Below are positions 37,497 to 49,259 of a stretch of DNA of 64,000 nt, in pieces. The stretch comes from Octopus sinensis (lineage: Eukaryota). The DNA lies in the NCBI RefSeq assembly GCF_006345805.1, contig NC_043000.1:69688001-69752000 (forward strand), read 5' to 3'. The position numbers and the translations under genes are program-made. Numbering within the stretch: the stretch's first letter is position 1; the number at the start of each line of letters is the position of its first letter. The notes beneath the pieces were generated by a model. That model was not told the origin of the DNA, made no database searches, and saw only the letters and a list, made by a program, of their open reading frames with translations.

Positions 37497-39331
37497 TATA
37501 TATCCAAGAGTTAAGGAAAGAGAAGATAAAATCCGGGCTAGATATATTTCCTAGCGAGTGAAACCACAGACGTGGTAAATATCCAAGCGAAGTGTATGTC
37601 GCAAGCTACTTTTCAGTCCAAGGTTGCCTTGATTAAATGAAGTTTACATTGTCTCTAGGAGGCCCACGTTAACACACGGGGGATTCTAATTGAATCCTCC
37701 GCGTGTTAACGAAGATGATGGGTTAGTATCCAGAAACCCGGGTGTGTGTGTATCACGTACAGATGGGAACGATGATTTCCCCTCGCAAATACTAATTGGA
37801 CATAGACGGTGTGTCGTTAGCCAGCTGGAGGAGACGTCCGTTTGGGGCTAAAAACAACAGTAGCATCGTCCTCTATGGGACCACTACATTTAGTTGGAAA
37901 TTATATTTTACGATTCCGTATGGCTACCGTTTATTTCTCATTCAAAGATTTAACATTGCTTAGCATTTAAGCTTTAGATTTAATGACTCAGAATCAGGGA
38001 ACATTTCTTATGTATCTCGATTTTAAAGGGAAACTTTGAATTTGAAAGAAGCTACCGTCTGATGCGATCCTTCTGATTCATATATAAGTTCTTATTAAAA
38101 TTTCGGAAACTTCATTAACTTTCCTTCGGAATTTTCCATGAATTCGTCTAATCCACATTATTAACATCGTGTGAAAAATGATAATATTTATAAAGAGTTG
38201 TTTTGAATGGTACAACAATGCACTATATGTCATTGTTTGTATTATAGTGCATTGATAATATTTATATGAAAATCTTAATTACTTAATACGTATTTAAGTT
38301 ATTTATGTTGTTAAATGCAAGACTGAAATTCTTCGTATATAATTGTCGTTTACTTATATATGCATATATCAATTATATGTGTATTTGTTTGTCATAAAAA
38401 TTATATTCTTTGAATTTAGCTCTGTAAAATTTGTTTTGAATCAAACTGTGGTATGATACATAAAAGTGTCGCTATCTCTGAGAATCTCTTTCAAGAATAA
38501 CATACTTACATATCTGATATTAATTTTCTTTGAAATTCACTCTTTTGCTTCGCTTTTCTTCTTGGAATTTATTTAATCTTCGTTTCCTTTCTACAAACGT
38601 GGAATTTCTCAGTTATTTAGAAAAAATATAATTATGTTTTGCTTCATTATAGAAAATCATTTCTTAAGAAATTAGTTTGTGTAATTTCATTAATAGGAAA
38701 CTTGTCTGCTAAAAGTTAGTGAAATAATTTTTCGAGTTATTTACTGTAAATAGAGAAACAGATACGCTGAAAATTTCATAGTAATAATCAATTAAAAAAC
38801 AATCTCAGAGGGTTCCCTGTTGGTTTAATATTTCGTCCCAGTAAAAACAAAACTGAATTTCAATAAATATATGAATTATTTCATGACAGCAACATCTTGC
38901 CCGATTATTGGGAATTGCACAAAATATCTAAATATATATCACTAAATGATTCTTTGAATGATGTATGCTCTGATGTTCGATATTTTACGAAGCAGGCGCT
39001 TACTGGAGCCAAAGAATTTTAAAATAATAAAGCTTATCAGTTGACAGCGGACTATTTAATTGTATTTTAGAGACAGTGAATAAATTTCGAGGTATTTCGA
39101 AATATACTAAAGTTATCTTAATGTATGTATGTATGTATGTATGTATGTATGTATGTATGTATGTATGTATGTATTTATGTATGTATGTATGTATGTATGT
39201 ATGTATGTATGTATGTATGTATGTACGTACGTACCTATGTATGTATGTATGTATGTATGTATGCATATATATATATATGTATGTATATATATATATATGT
39301 ATGTATATATGAATGTATGCATGTATATATG

Positions 39332-39372
<41 letters not shown>

Positions 39373-39869
39373 TATATATATGTGTGTGTGTATGTGTGTG
39401 TGTGTGTGTATGTATGATTGTATGTAGTATGCATGTTCGTATGTATATATATAATTATGTGTGTGTGTTTGCGTGTGTCCGTGCGTGCGTGTGTAGTATG
39501 TATTTGTGTATATATTTTTGAATACCCACATACAAGACTGAATCCTCAATTATCAGGTTGAGTAAAAAGTAAGCAACTTTTTGAACCATGAAGAATTTGT
39601 ACCGGATTTTTGTAGTTATGAATTTCAAAACATTTTTTTGAAATTGTCTGATAATACAGATATAGACTTGCCCAAATGCATCGATAAATTAACATTGATA
39701 TTTTTTTCACCATTGTTATAATCATCTCTCTCGACTTGTTCGTGGATGCTTGTGGCGTTGTTCGAAAAGTTAGACGGAAGTTGTAATATTTGTGTTTAAT
39801 TGTAGAATTATTACTCTTGATTTATTACGTTGTTGAACTTTTGCTGAGTACTTTTTTAAAAATCCTATT

Positions 39870-42118
39870 TTTCTGCTTGTGGCAGACCTTTATTAACGTT
39901 TTCTTCCCTTGTGTGAAGTGGGGAAATATTGTTGTATTTTTCAAAAAAAAAAAAAAGAAAAGAAAAGAAAAAAAAGGAACAAATTAAAACCAAGTAGTGA
40001 ACCTGGTACAAGTGAAGATATCAGAAGGGGAGAAAGCAGCACAATTTTGATTAGCTTGCCAAGAGTTTATGCAAGGAAGAAAAGCTAGCAATTTTGCAGC
40101 AGCGGCCGGTGTTTCAAAAAAGACAATGAATTGTGAAAGCGAAGAGCTTGGAAAGGCATGATGAAAAGGGAGGGGAGCGAACAGCGATTACCCGTCCCGG
40201 TGAAATGACACCGAATGCACTGTGGTGCACCGTGATATATAAATCATTTGTGACCAAAGCAAAAAAAAAAAACAACTGGATAACGCAAGAGGCGGTGGAG
40301 CTGTGCCTCCGTCCAGTTTGAAACAACGTAACATACATCACAAGAGGAGTGAAGTATGCCACAATAGAAGTTCGTTTTAAAATCGAGGAAAAGTCAAAAC
40401 AAGCATCAACAGAGCCAAAAACTGCAGGGGTGGTTCTCCTACATACTTATCTACGAAGACGGACTTCCAAGGTTAAGGTAGGAGACATCTCACCCAAAGT
40501 AGATCCCGTTAGGTTAGTGGTAGCCATAATAAGCGGCTTGGAGGATAAGATCACAATTCTCCAAGACTCAGCGCTTGGACTGCAGAATTGGCGGGGGCAA
40601 GGCCTCGAAATAATTATACAGACTGCCCAGGCTGGTTTAGAAAATATAGAAACTTGCGGGTGGGGGAGACTAAGCTGTGAGTCACGGTAGAGGAGAGGAT
40701 GCCTTGTTGCTACAAGTGAGGCCATAAAGGCCACATTAGGGCCGAGTGAAAACCTCCTCCCGAAAAAGCAGCGACTTCCCACTTGAAGAAAAATGAAGAG
40801 AAGCTGCAGGTGAAAAGCAGGATGAAATTTCGGAAAATGAAACAGAGGAAGAGGAGATAGAGGAAGCCCAAGGAGAAAGGAGGGAAATTTTCTCCAGAAA
40901 AAATAAAGAAAAAGACCGTCGCCATCCAACCCCACTAGCCCTACATCAAAACAAAACAAAACAACAAACAGATCACACAACTACAAAACAAAATCCCAGC
41001 CCAAAATGTTCCCCACCCATCTAGACATGGATTATACTGCAGTAGTGACTTGTTAGTCGCCAATACTGAAGCGAATAAACGACATACGAAATGCGGCCAA
41101 CGTAACCAAAGACTACGAGGGGAAAAACATCCTTCAAAACATTGCTATCTATAAAATAGACTGAGCCAATTACAACATGTTGGCAAATCGATCTAAAGAC
41201 GACATGGGCCCTTTGAGGAAAGACTTTTCCCCTCTAATGTTTGGGGACCTAGTCAACGACACCTCGCAAGCCCCGGACGAAAAACAAAAGGAATGAGATG
41301 GACGGTCACCTACTAGCATGCATCTTCACCAACTGGCAACAGAATGTGTTTATACCCAGATCTGTGGGTCTCTATCACACGATCCCATCCCGCAGCCTTG
41401 ATTCCTTCCCGACCCATTGCACGTTGCTTAGCCCTGACCACGCACCCTTCGTTTTTGGCCTCGGGGTAATTGTTAAGCGCCTTTCTCGCAGCTAAAACTC
41501 GCGATATACTCGCAAGGCATGGTGCCCCTTGTTCACTCATGTGCCCAAGATGCGAGCAGGACGGGGAAACCGTTCTGCACGCGATTGTGCAATGCTCCCA
41601 AATTTCGGAAATATGTGTTTCCGTTGAACACCTGCTGTCGTTACTGGGAAGAGTACAACTGTCTTCCGAATCGATTGTAAAGATTGTTCCTCCTCGCTCT
41701 TTTAACAAAAAAGGCAAGGCTTGTTTTCTCGCTGTGGTCGCTATAGCGAAAGAAGTAGTATGGAAGACCCACGTGAAAAGAATTATGACAGACATCTTCA
41801 TTTCCAACCTAAGAGGAAAATAGGGGTGGAGAGAAAATGCATGCCACCTGATGTATATGGAAAAAAGTGTAAGGCAGTAGCGAGTTTGTTAAAAATGAAT
41901 GAACCCACATAGTATTTCTATAAGTATACACAAAAGGTTACAGTGGAGGCGCGGGGCTTGCAGGGTCGAAGCTAAACCCGTCTTCCACTTCATTGTATGT
42001 GTTATTATCTGTTATCATCCGATTTATATAATTTTTAGAAGAACCATTTTATCGACCCCCTCCCTCATTTGTATCGTCCTCTCTATGTTTGGCCCCCTGA
42101 GAGCAATAAAGAAATATT
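39870..42118 (+). mobile_element. Internally deleted Tx1-like LINE (ORF1 remnant plus ORF2 C-terminal zinc-binding region)
   Basis: ITRGVKYATIEVRF...TYLRRRTSKVKVGDISP; CPRCEQDGETVLHAIVQC...AKEVVWK. No RT segment recognised between them. Boundaries are approximate. Confidence 0.75.
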
Positions 42119-42135
42119 TGTTACAAACATCTGAA

Positions 42136-43075
42136 ATGGAATTGTCAAAGCATGATATTCAAGCAATTTTGCTGATCGACTTCAATAAAGGACGTAAAGC
42201 AGCTGAAACTACTCGCGATATCAACGAAATGTTTGCTGAGGAAATGACCAGTGAGTGATCAGCTCGAACATGGCCTAAACGATATCGTAGTGGAGACCTG
42301 AGCCTTGAAGATCGTGAGCGTAGTGGACGCTCATCTGTTATCGATGACGGTCAATTAAAAACCGACATTGAGAAAGATCCACGTAAAACCACCCGAGAAC
42401 TGGCAAAAGCACTTCAAGTTAGCCAGAAAACTGCCTGCAACCATTTGCATGCGAAAGGAAAATAAAAAAAGCTCGATAAATGGGTACCGCACGTTTGAAT
42501 GAAAATCAGAAAGTGCGCAGATATGAAATTTGCGATGAAAAGTGGGTTCTGTACAATAATAAAAACACTCTTCGCAGTGGCTGGGCCAAAATGAAGCACC
42601 AAAAACCTTCTCTAAACCCGAGCCCTTCAAGAAGAAGGTTATGGTGACTGTTTGGTGATGTACTGCTGGACTTATCCACTATAACTTCATACATCTCGGA
42701 AAAACCATTACTATAGAAACATATTGCTATGAAATTGCCAAAATGAACAAAAAACTGCGACTTCTCTGTCCCAGACTGGTCAACAGAAGAGACACATTCA
42801 TTCTTCATGACAATACTCGACCACACGTTTCACTAATGACGCTCCAGAAGTTGAAGGAACTTGGCTACGAAGTTCTTTCCCACCCACCTTATTCCCCAGA
42901 CCTTTCTCCTACCAGCTACCGCTTTTCAAGCACCATGATCGTTTCCTGAGAGAGGAGTTCAAAAATCAAACCGATGCAGAAAGTGCGTTCAAAAAGTTCA
43001 TCAGCTCCAGAACTTCAGCTCCGGAATAAACAAACTTCTAATACGTTGGCAAAAATGTGTTGATTGTAATGATAC
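42136..43075 (+). pseudogene. Mariner (DD34D-type) transposase, disrupted
   Basis: FNKGRKAAETTRDINEMF, LEDRERSGR, LDKWVPH, HDNTRPH, HPPYSPDLSP. Confidence 0.93.
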
Positions 43076-43599
43076 TTAATTTGAAGAATAAAATTTTCAC
43101 ATTGTTGAAATATATTGTGATGAATTTCACGTTTCCAAATGTTACTTTTTACTGTCTGATAACTTCGGAGAATATATCTACAATTTCATTTAATATTCTG
43201 GAATTAGTATGCAGATATCTATTATCAAAATTATTTATATCCTTTACATAATATTCAAACATAAAAAGATAGATTAAAATAAAAAAATACTTCAAAGGAA
43301 GTAGTGTTTATTACTTTTATTTTCTAAATTGCCATTGTAATAATACCAAATCACAATAAAATATTCGAATAGATATAGCATAGATCTAGTTTGAATATGT
43401 ATGGTAGGTACTAATATAAAGTTGGCTGTAAATTCGATTTGATTTGACCAATTATAGATGACAGCAGGAACAGATGCTTGAGACGAAGACATCGACGGAT
43501 AAATCTAAGCATTCGTTGAGTCAGTTAATTAATTTTTTATCTATTCAAGTATATCTAATTCTCTCTTTCTGATTTTTACACGCATACACGTTCATAGCT

Positions 43600-43830
43600 C
43601 TGGCGTGACTGTGCGGTTAAGAAGCTTGCTTCCAAACCACGTGGTCTTTGGTTCTAACAAATTGCGTAGCGTCTTGAGCAATTGTCATATATTATGACCC
43701 GTGGGCAACTAAATCGTGTAAGTGGATTTGGTTGACGGAAACTGAAAGAAGCCCGTCCTTCAAGTCTTTCAAGGCACTGCCATAGCATAGCCGCAGTGTA
43801 ATGAATGAAACAAATAAACGATAAAAGAAA
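43600..43830 (+). mobile_element. SINE family B, internally deleted
   Basis: ggcgtgactgtgcggttaagaagcttgcttccaaaccac...gtggatttggttgacggaaactgaaagaagcccgtc. Confidence 0.8.
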
Positions 43831-43890
43831 AGGAAAAAGAATATATTCTCTTGCTTTTATATATATAAAGGAAAATATATATATATATAT

Positions 43891-44516
43891 TCATAAATGA
43901 GGGTGAAACATTAGATATTAATTTAATAATACCATCAGTTTAACACCAAGTGGCTTAGCACATAAAAAACCAGGGAGACAATACAAATTTATACATAAAT
44001 ATAAGAGAGTTACCGTTAAGTGGTTAACTCTAGTGCTAAAAATAGCTCCTTATTCTGGTATAGCCACCGAAGTTGTTTCCACAAAAAAATAACATTACCT
44101 TCAGCGTAAGGAAAGTGAAATACAACGAAAAGATAGATTAATGCTGAACAATTGTTTCTTTATCAATATAATATGCAATTATACTCACATATTTATCTAT
44201 AAATCATCAGCAGCATTTGTCTTCGATACAATTTATTAGACCCTCACGAGCGTCAAATACCCATGCGGTCCAATCGATTGCATACATAGTTGTGATTTAG
44301 GTTCCCCGCCAAAAGCATGGTAAGATTTAGTGGAAACGAATACTGCATATAATATTTACTGCAGTATCATTAAATTTATAAATTCATAAATGAGGGTGAA
44401 ATATTAGATATTAATTTAATAATACCATCAGTTTAACACCAAGTGGCTTAGCACATAAAAAACCAGGGAGACAATACAAATTTTAGCACTAGAGTTAACC
44501 ACTTAACGGTAACTCT

Positions 44517-44523
<7 letters not shown>
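43891..44523 (-). mobile_element. Non-coding PLE-like/retrozyme insertion in (TA)n: 493-bp unit, 100-bp direct repeat, 43-bp inverted segment
   Basis: 43891-43990 is repeated at 44384-44483; 44481-44523 is the reverse complement of 43999-44041; contains a hammerhead. Confidence 0.85.
44140..44217 (-). ncRNA. Type I hammerhead ribozyme motif
   Basis: Minus strand: aatgctg CTGATGA tttat...ataaa GAAA CAATTG TT cagcatt; 7-bp stem I, palindrome ACAATTGT. Confidence 0.75.
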
Positions 44524-44551
<28 letters not shown>

Positions 44552-45306
44552 ATTGGCTTATATCTTCTGTAGTATGCTTCGAAAGTACCTCCTTCGTCTG
44601 GTTCGTATTTGAACTCTGTTATCGAGTTCGCAACATGGTCTGGCGAGAAAGCTTTAAAAAAAATTCCTGGCAACTTCATTAATTGCAACATTTATTGTAA
44701 TTTGGATAGAAGAACTGCAGATTTCCCAATAGTTCAGCGTAGGTATTCTCTTTTTCATTTATCTTAAGCTTTATGTGTGTATGTATGTATGTATGTCATT
44801 GTTCAGTTCACTATTTCTTGCCAATAGCGTAAGAGCCAGTTTCTAACCTAGATCCAAACTTCCTTCATTGGATTTCAACATTTACAACAGGTATTTTTCT
44901 TTGTATGTATGTGTGCAGATTTATATGTTTTGCTTTATGTGTGTACTCTTATGCATATTTTTGCATGTCTAGGCAAGCTCATATAGATCCAAGTGCTAAA
45001 CTTCTGGAAAGTTTTACAGAATTTTACAGTTCCGGTGATAGATTAGATCTGCGGTTTTCGAATTTCTCAAGATTGGTATTTAGGCAGTGTGTTACATATC
45101 CCAGGGTCCCAGTATATGTGTATGCATGCATGCATGTATGTATGTATGTATGTATGTATGTGTATGTATGTATGTATGTATGTATGTATGTATCTGTGAG
45201 TGCGTATCTCACAGCGTGTGTGTAGAAAGAAATTTTCTCTAGATGAAATTTCTTCTTTCAACGCATGACTGAACAATGACTTTACTTTGACCACTTGCAG
45301 TGGAAG

Positions 45307-45356
<50 letters not shown>

Positions 45357-45519
45357 TGTTACTTCTAAACTTAATTATTTCAGTGAGGCGTTGAAAACTG
45401 GTCTTATTTATGAAACAAGGAGTTCCAAAATTTCAATTTTGAATTCAGTTTTAATTATAAAATTACATCTCTCGACAGCTAAAAGCAACATTGTTTCGGT
45501 TTTAGAATCATTGCATGTA

Positions 45520-45690
45520 TCTCTTTACTCTTTTATTTGTTTCAGTCATCCAACTGCGGCCAAATGAAACCCAGGACTTTGTAAGCCTAGTTCTTATATC
45601 GGACTCTTTTGCGGAACTTCTAAGTTACGGAGACGTGAACACACCAACATCGGTTGTCAAGCGATGGTGGGGTGACAAACACAGACACAC
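45520..45690 (-). mobile_element. SINE family B, 3' part
   Basis: tgtttcagtcatccaactgcggcc...catcggttgtcaagcgatgg; homologous to 6365-6520. Confidence 0.75.
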
Positions 45691-45692
45691 AC

Positions 45693-45765
<73 letters not shown>

Positions 45766-45830
45766 GTAAAAAGTGAAAAAACTACAGAAGGCTTGTTTTA
45801 AAAGGTTAAAAAATATATATTTGAGTCAAT

Positions 45831-46220
45831 ATGTCTGAAGAGGGACAGAAATTCAAGATCAAATCTAATTTTACTTGTGCCTCTGAAAACATAATTTATG
45901 TCATAAAATGCTCGGGCTGCCACCAAGACTACGTGAGATCCACGGGACTATCACTCAGACGTAGATGCACACTGCATCGACAACAGATTGCATTCCCAGA
46001 ATACAGAATGATACCCTTTAGTGAGCACATTGAGAAATGCGCAAAGCAACTACTACCACAATTTTTAATCTTTCCATTTTACCAATGTGCTATCGGAACA
46101 CCAACACAAATTAGACTAAACAAGGAAACATTCTTCATTGAAAAGTACAAGCCCAGACTTAACCATTCCAACATACTTATACAGAGAAATTCACTCCAAA
46201 GAAAAGGCAAAAAAGTGTAA
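45831..46220 (+). CDS. Penelope-type GIY-YIG endonuclease, C-terminal fragment
   Basis: FKIKSNFTCASENIIYVIKCSGCHQDYVRSTGLSLRRRCTLHR...PFSEHIEKC...KETFFIEKYKPRLN. The ATG lies inside the inverted arm, so it is not the native start. Confidence 0.85.
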   Translation: MSEEGQKFKIKSNFTCASENIIYVIKCSGCHQDYVRSTGLSLRRRCTLHRQQIAFPEYRMIPFSEHIEKCAKQLLPQFLIFPFYQCAIGTPTQIRLNKETFFIEKYKPRLNHSNILIQRNSLQRKGKKV

Positions 46221-46329
46221 GCGATTATCTCCCTTACACCGGAAGAAATCACTTATTACCTCCCCTTATCTGGAACTCTTCTCAACATAAATATAACGAT
46301 AACTCTTCTCAACGTAAACATAACGATGT

Positions 46330-46369
46330 AAGAAATTTGAAAAGCTAAACGCGAAACCGGTCATTTCTT
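46330..46369 (+). ncRNA. Minimal type I hammerhead (U3:A8 variant) in the Penelope 3'UTR
   Basis: aagaaat TTGAAAA gc taaac gc GAAA CCGG TC atttctt; 7-bp stem I, palindrome ACCGGT. Confidence 0.75.
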
Positions 46370-46559
46370 CTAAACTCTGTCATTGTAAGAAAAAAATGTA
46401 TAACATTCTTCAGATATATTGACTCAAATATATATTTTTTAACCTTTTAAAACAAGCCTTCTGTAGTTTTTTCATTTTTTACTATTTTCTATATATTCAA
46501 CCACGTGCTTTCACAAACCAAATTTCTCATCTATATATATATATATATATATAATATAT

Positions 46560-46601
<42 letters not shown>

Positions 46602-46606
46602 TATAT

Positions 46607-46654
<48 letters not shown>

Positions 46655-46655
<1 letters not shown>

Positions 46656-49195
46656 ACAAGAGCATTACATAGATATAGCTGCGGGCTCGACATTTAAATT
46701 AATGAGATAAATGAAAAATATATGAATGAATGGGGGAAACGAACGGCTCCCGCCGACCGACGTTTTCCCAAAACATTATTCTTTAAAATAGGATTAGGTT
46801 TCAAAATCTCTTATCATTTAAGACTAACAAAGCTTTTAAGCTTCTTACTCGTTATTATGTCCATCATTTTCGATATCACTTATGACCTCTTACCCCGCCA
46901 TTTTCCATGCCTCATTCAAAAATGTGGCGTATGACGTATTAGGGCCACCCAGCCATAAGCGAAACTCCTCTTTCAGTTTTTGTAGCTTTTGCAATATGGA
47001 AAACCCTATGACCTCCACACCTATCTGCGGAGGCCATTCGGGATCCCGTATGTAGGCCAGATCTACACTCTTTTGGAGTTCCTCCAACATTTTACCACCT
47101 CCCCACCCCTGTTAAAGAAGACAAGTAATTCCTCGTCTTCAGGGGGAGGGGTCGTCCCTTCCACCGTCGGTGGCACAATACCCACCGACGATGTTCTGGG
47201 ACATGCCGGTATTGTGTTACCGACTACCGACAATGTCCCGTTTATCTTTATCTTCCTCTTTTTTTCTTTCATAATGAGGAAGGGTGGGTTTCCTCCATAA
47301 CCGGGTGATCCACCTCCCCTCTCTCAGCCCTAGGATCCTTTGGTTAGCACCTATTGTTGTTCACCTTCTTCCTCTTGCGGCCCTTCTTTGGGGAGGCCTC
47401 CACCTCCTTCACGCCTCCGTTCCCTCTTCAAGAGAGGTACCAACCAACTGCTCCAAGACCTTTCTTTGTTTCTGGGAGCAGTTCTTTTTTATATGGCCAG
47501 ATTCCAGGCAACGGTAACACTTGGGTGGGGAGCGACCCTCAAGAATCACCGGGTACCTGCACCCAGCCATAGTCAGAAAGTCTGCGAAGACTAAATTATT
47601 TGCTGATTGAGTCCAAAGGGTCAAAACCACTTTTGACCCGACCCAGTCAGCCACTGGTAAGAATTTTACACTGAGGAGTTTGGTGCTACTGCCACCCAGA
47701 CCCCGGCGGATATTGTCCTCTATCCACCCTGGTTGAATATTAGGGGGAAAATCGCAAATCCAGGCACTTGTCAATTTCCTCCCACAATATGTAGGAAGAA
47801 ATAAAATTTTATTGCCCTCTAGGGGCTGGCTCGCAAAAATACGAGCCTCCTCTGGAGTGTCAAATAGCAACCAAATCGTCGCATATCTGACACCCCGGGC
47901 AATAAATTTCACAGTTGGCAGATACTCTGCCAACTTCTCTTCAATCCCCTGCTTGAAGAAGATGGCAATAGCGTCGAGAATCTTCGAATACACCGTCAAC
48001 ACCACCGTATTCTCTTGCTGTTTAAGCCACTCTTTGGGTTGAATAATATCCCATTCCAAGACCGTATTCATTTTTTCTCCATGCTTCTCTTTTTTTTTAA
48101 AAAAAAGGCCACAAAATAGTCCTAACAAAAATGAAGAGTCCAGAAACAATTTTTAAAAAAACAGCTGGAAGAAAGACGGGTAAAAAACACAATAGAACAG
48201 AAAGGAAAGAACGTAAAAAACAGTTTGAAGCACAATGAAAGTTTTGGAAGTGACGACAGTTCAAATGACGGCAGCTCCACAAAAATTAAATTCCGGACAA
48301 TTTGTACTCCTGGCCTTATGTTTTAATTCACAGTTGGAACTCTTGGCGGCGAGACACGCCCACCAAAACAATTCACCTTAAGTGAACAATAATGCTCAAC
48401 TGCAAGCCGACAAATGTCCAGAATCCAGTGAGGACTTCTTGTTTGGGAAAACATATTACATACCAAACAAAAAACCCCCACTGGACCCAGAAAAACGAAA
48501 CTCTTACCTTACAGTTGAGTTCTTTTCGTTAATAATTTGCAGCTACAAAATAGCGTACGACTTCCTTAGTGCCCAGAACAACACTCAACGATGTGCATCA
48601 AAAAAATTCCAGAAAACTTTTTAAAAGGGGGAAAAACAAAAGTATGAAGGAAAAAGTAAAAAGAGAAAGAAGAAAAAATATGTAATGGAAGAGGAAAGAA
48701 GAAAAAAGCAAAAATAATAGACAAGGAAGAAAGAAACCAAAAAAAAAACACAGTGAACAGACGCAGAATCTCCCACACTTGAGTACTCATAGGCCTAACT
48801 CGTACTCCAACAACAGGAACAGATTTCAGAATACGAAGACAGTTCACAAAAATGTCCGTCAGCAGGAAGAAAATTAATATTTCATGCAAAATTCCACCGT
48901 TCACTGGTAATCCAACTGGCAGCTACAAGGAAAAATCACAGTTCGAATTCCTGGCGGCGAGACACGCCTACCAAAACAATTCCCCTTAAGTGAACACTAA
49001 TGCTCAACAGCGAGCCGACAAATGTCTAGAATACAGTGAGAACTTTTTGCCTGGGAAAAAATATTACACACCAAACAACAAACCACCACTGGACCCAACA
49101 AACAAAAGCCTTACCTTACAATTGAGCACTTTTTGCCAATAATTCGCAGCTATAAAATAGCGTGCGACTTTCTTAGTGTCAAAAACAACACTAAC
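46655..49195 (-). mobile_element. Tx1-derived element A (ORF1 only, duplicated 5'UTR segment)
   Basis: ORF1 at 47409-48149, then a C-terminal frame ending RDPEWPPQIGVEVIG, then a 3' end shared with element B (cccgcagcta). Boundaries are approximate. Confidence 0.7.
47409..48149 (-). CDS. Tx1-like ORF1 protein with a CCHC zinc knuckle (disrupted downstream)
   Basis: YLPTVKFIARGVRYATIWLLFDTPEEAR...LFLPTYCGRK...LEGRSPPKCYRCLESGHIKKNC. Confidence 0.85.
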   Translation of the reverse strand: MFLDSSFLLGLFCGLFFKKKEKHGEKMNTVLEWDIIQPKEWLKQQENTVVLTVYSKILDAIAIFFKQGIEEKLAEYLPTVKFIARGVRYATIWLLFDTPEEARIFASQPLEGNKILFLPTYCGRKLTSAWICDFPPNIQPGWIEDNIRRGLGGSSTKLLSVKFLPVADWVGSKVVLTLWTQSANNLVFADFLTMAGCRYPVILEGRSPPKCYRCLESGHIKKNCSQKQRKVLEQLVGTSLEEGTEA

Positions 49196-49259
49196 AAGAG
49201 CGCATGCGTGTAAGCGGTAAGCAAACTACTTTTTTCCATTCAATTTGCCATCAAGGAAT

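Larger units (their letters stand above)
39551..43161 (+). mobile_element. Mariner element, split by a nested Tx1-like insertion
   Basis: Left end TATCAGGTTGAGTAAAAAGTAAG; right end reverse complement TATCAGACAGTAAAAAGTAAC; TA at both ends; transposase downstream of the insertion. Confidence 0.75.
45760..46488 (+). mobile_element. 5'-truncated Penelope-like element with 81-bp inverted ends
   Basis: 45760-45840 is the reverse complement of 46408-46488 (2 mismatches); encloses a GIY-YIG ORF and a hammerhead. Confidence 0.9.

Noticed and set aside
46273-46327. 27-bp tandem duplication just upstream of the hammerhead
   Set aside because: Two copies only; most simply a slippage event in the PLE 3'UTR.
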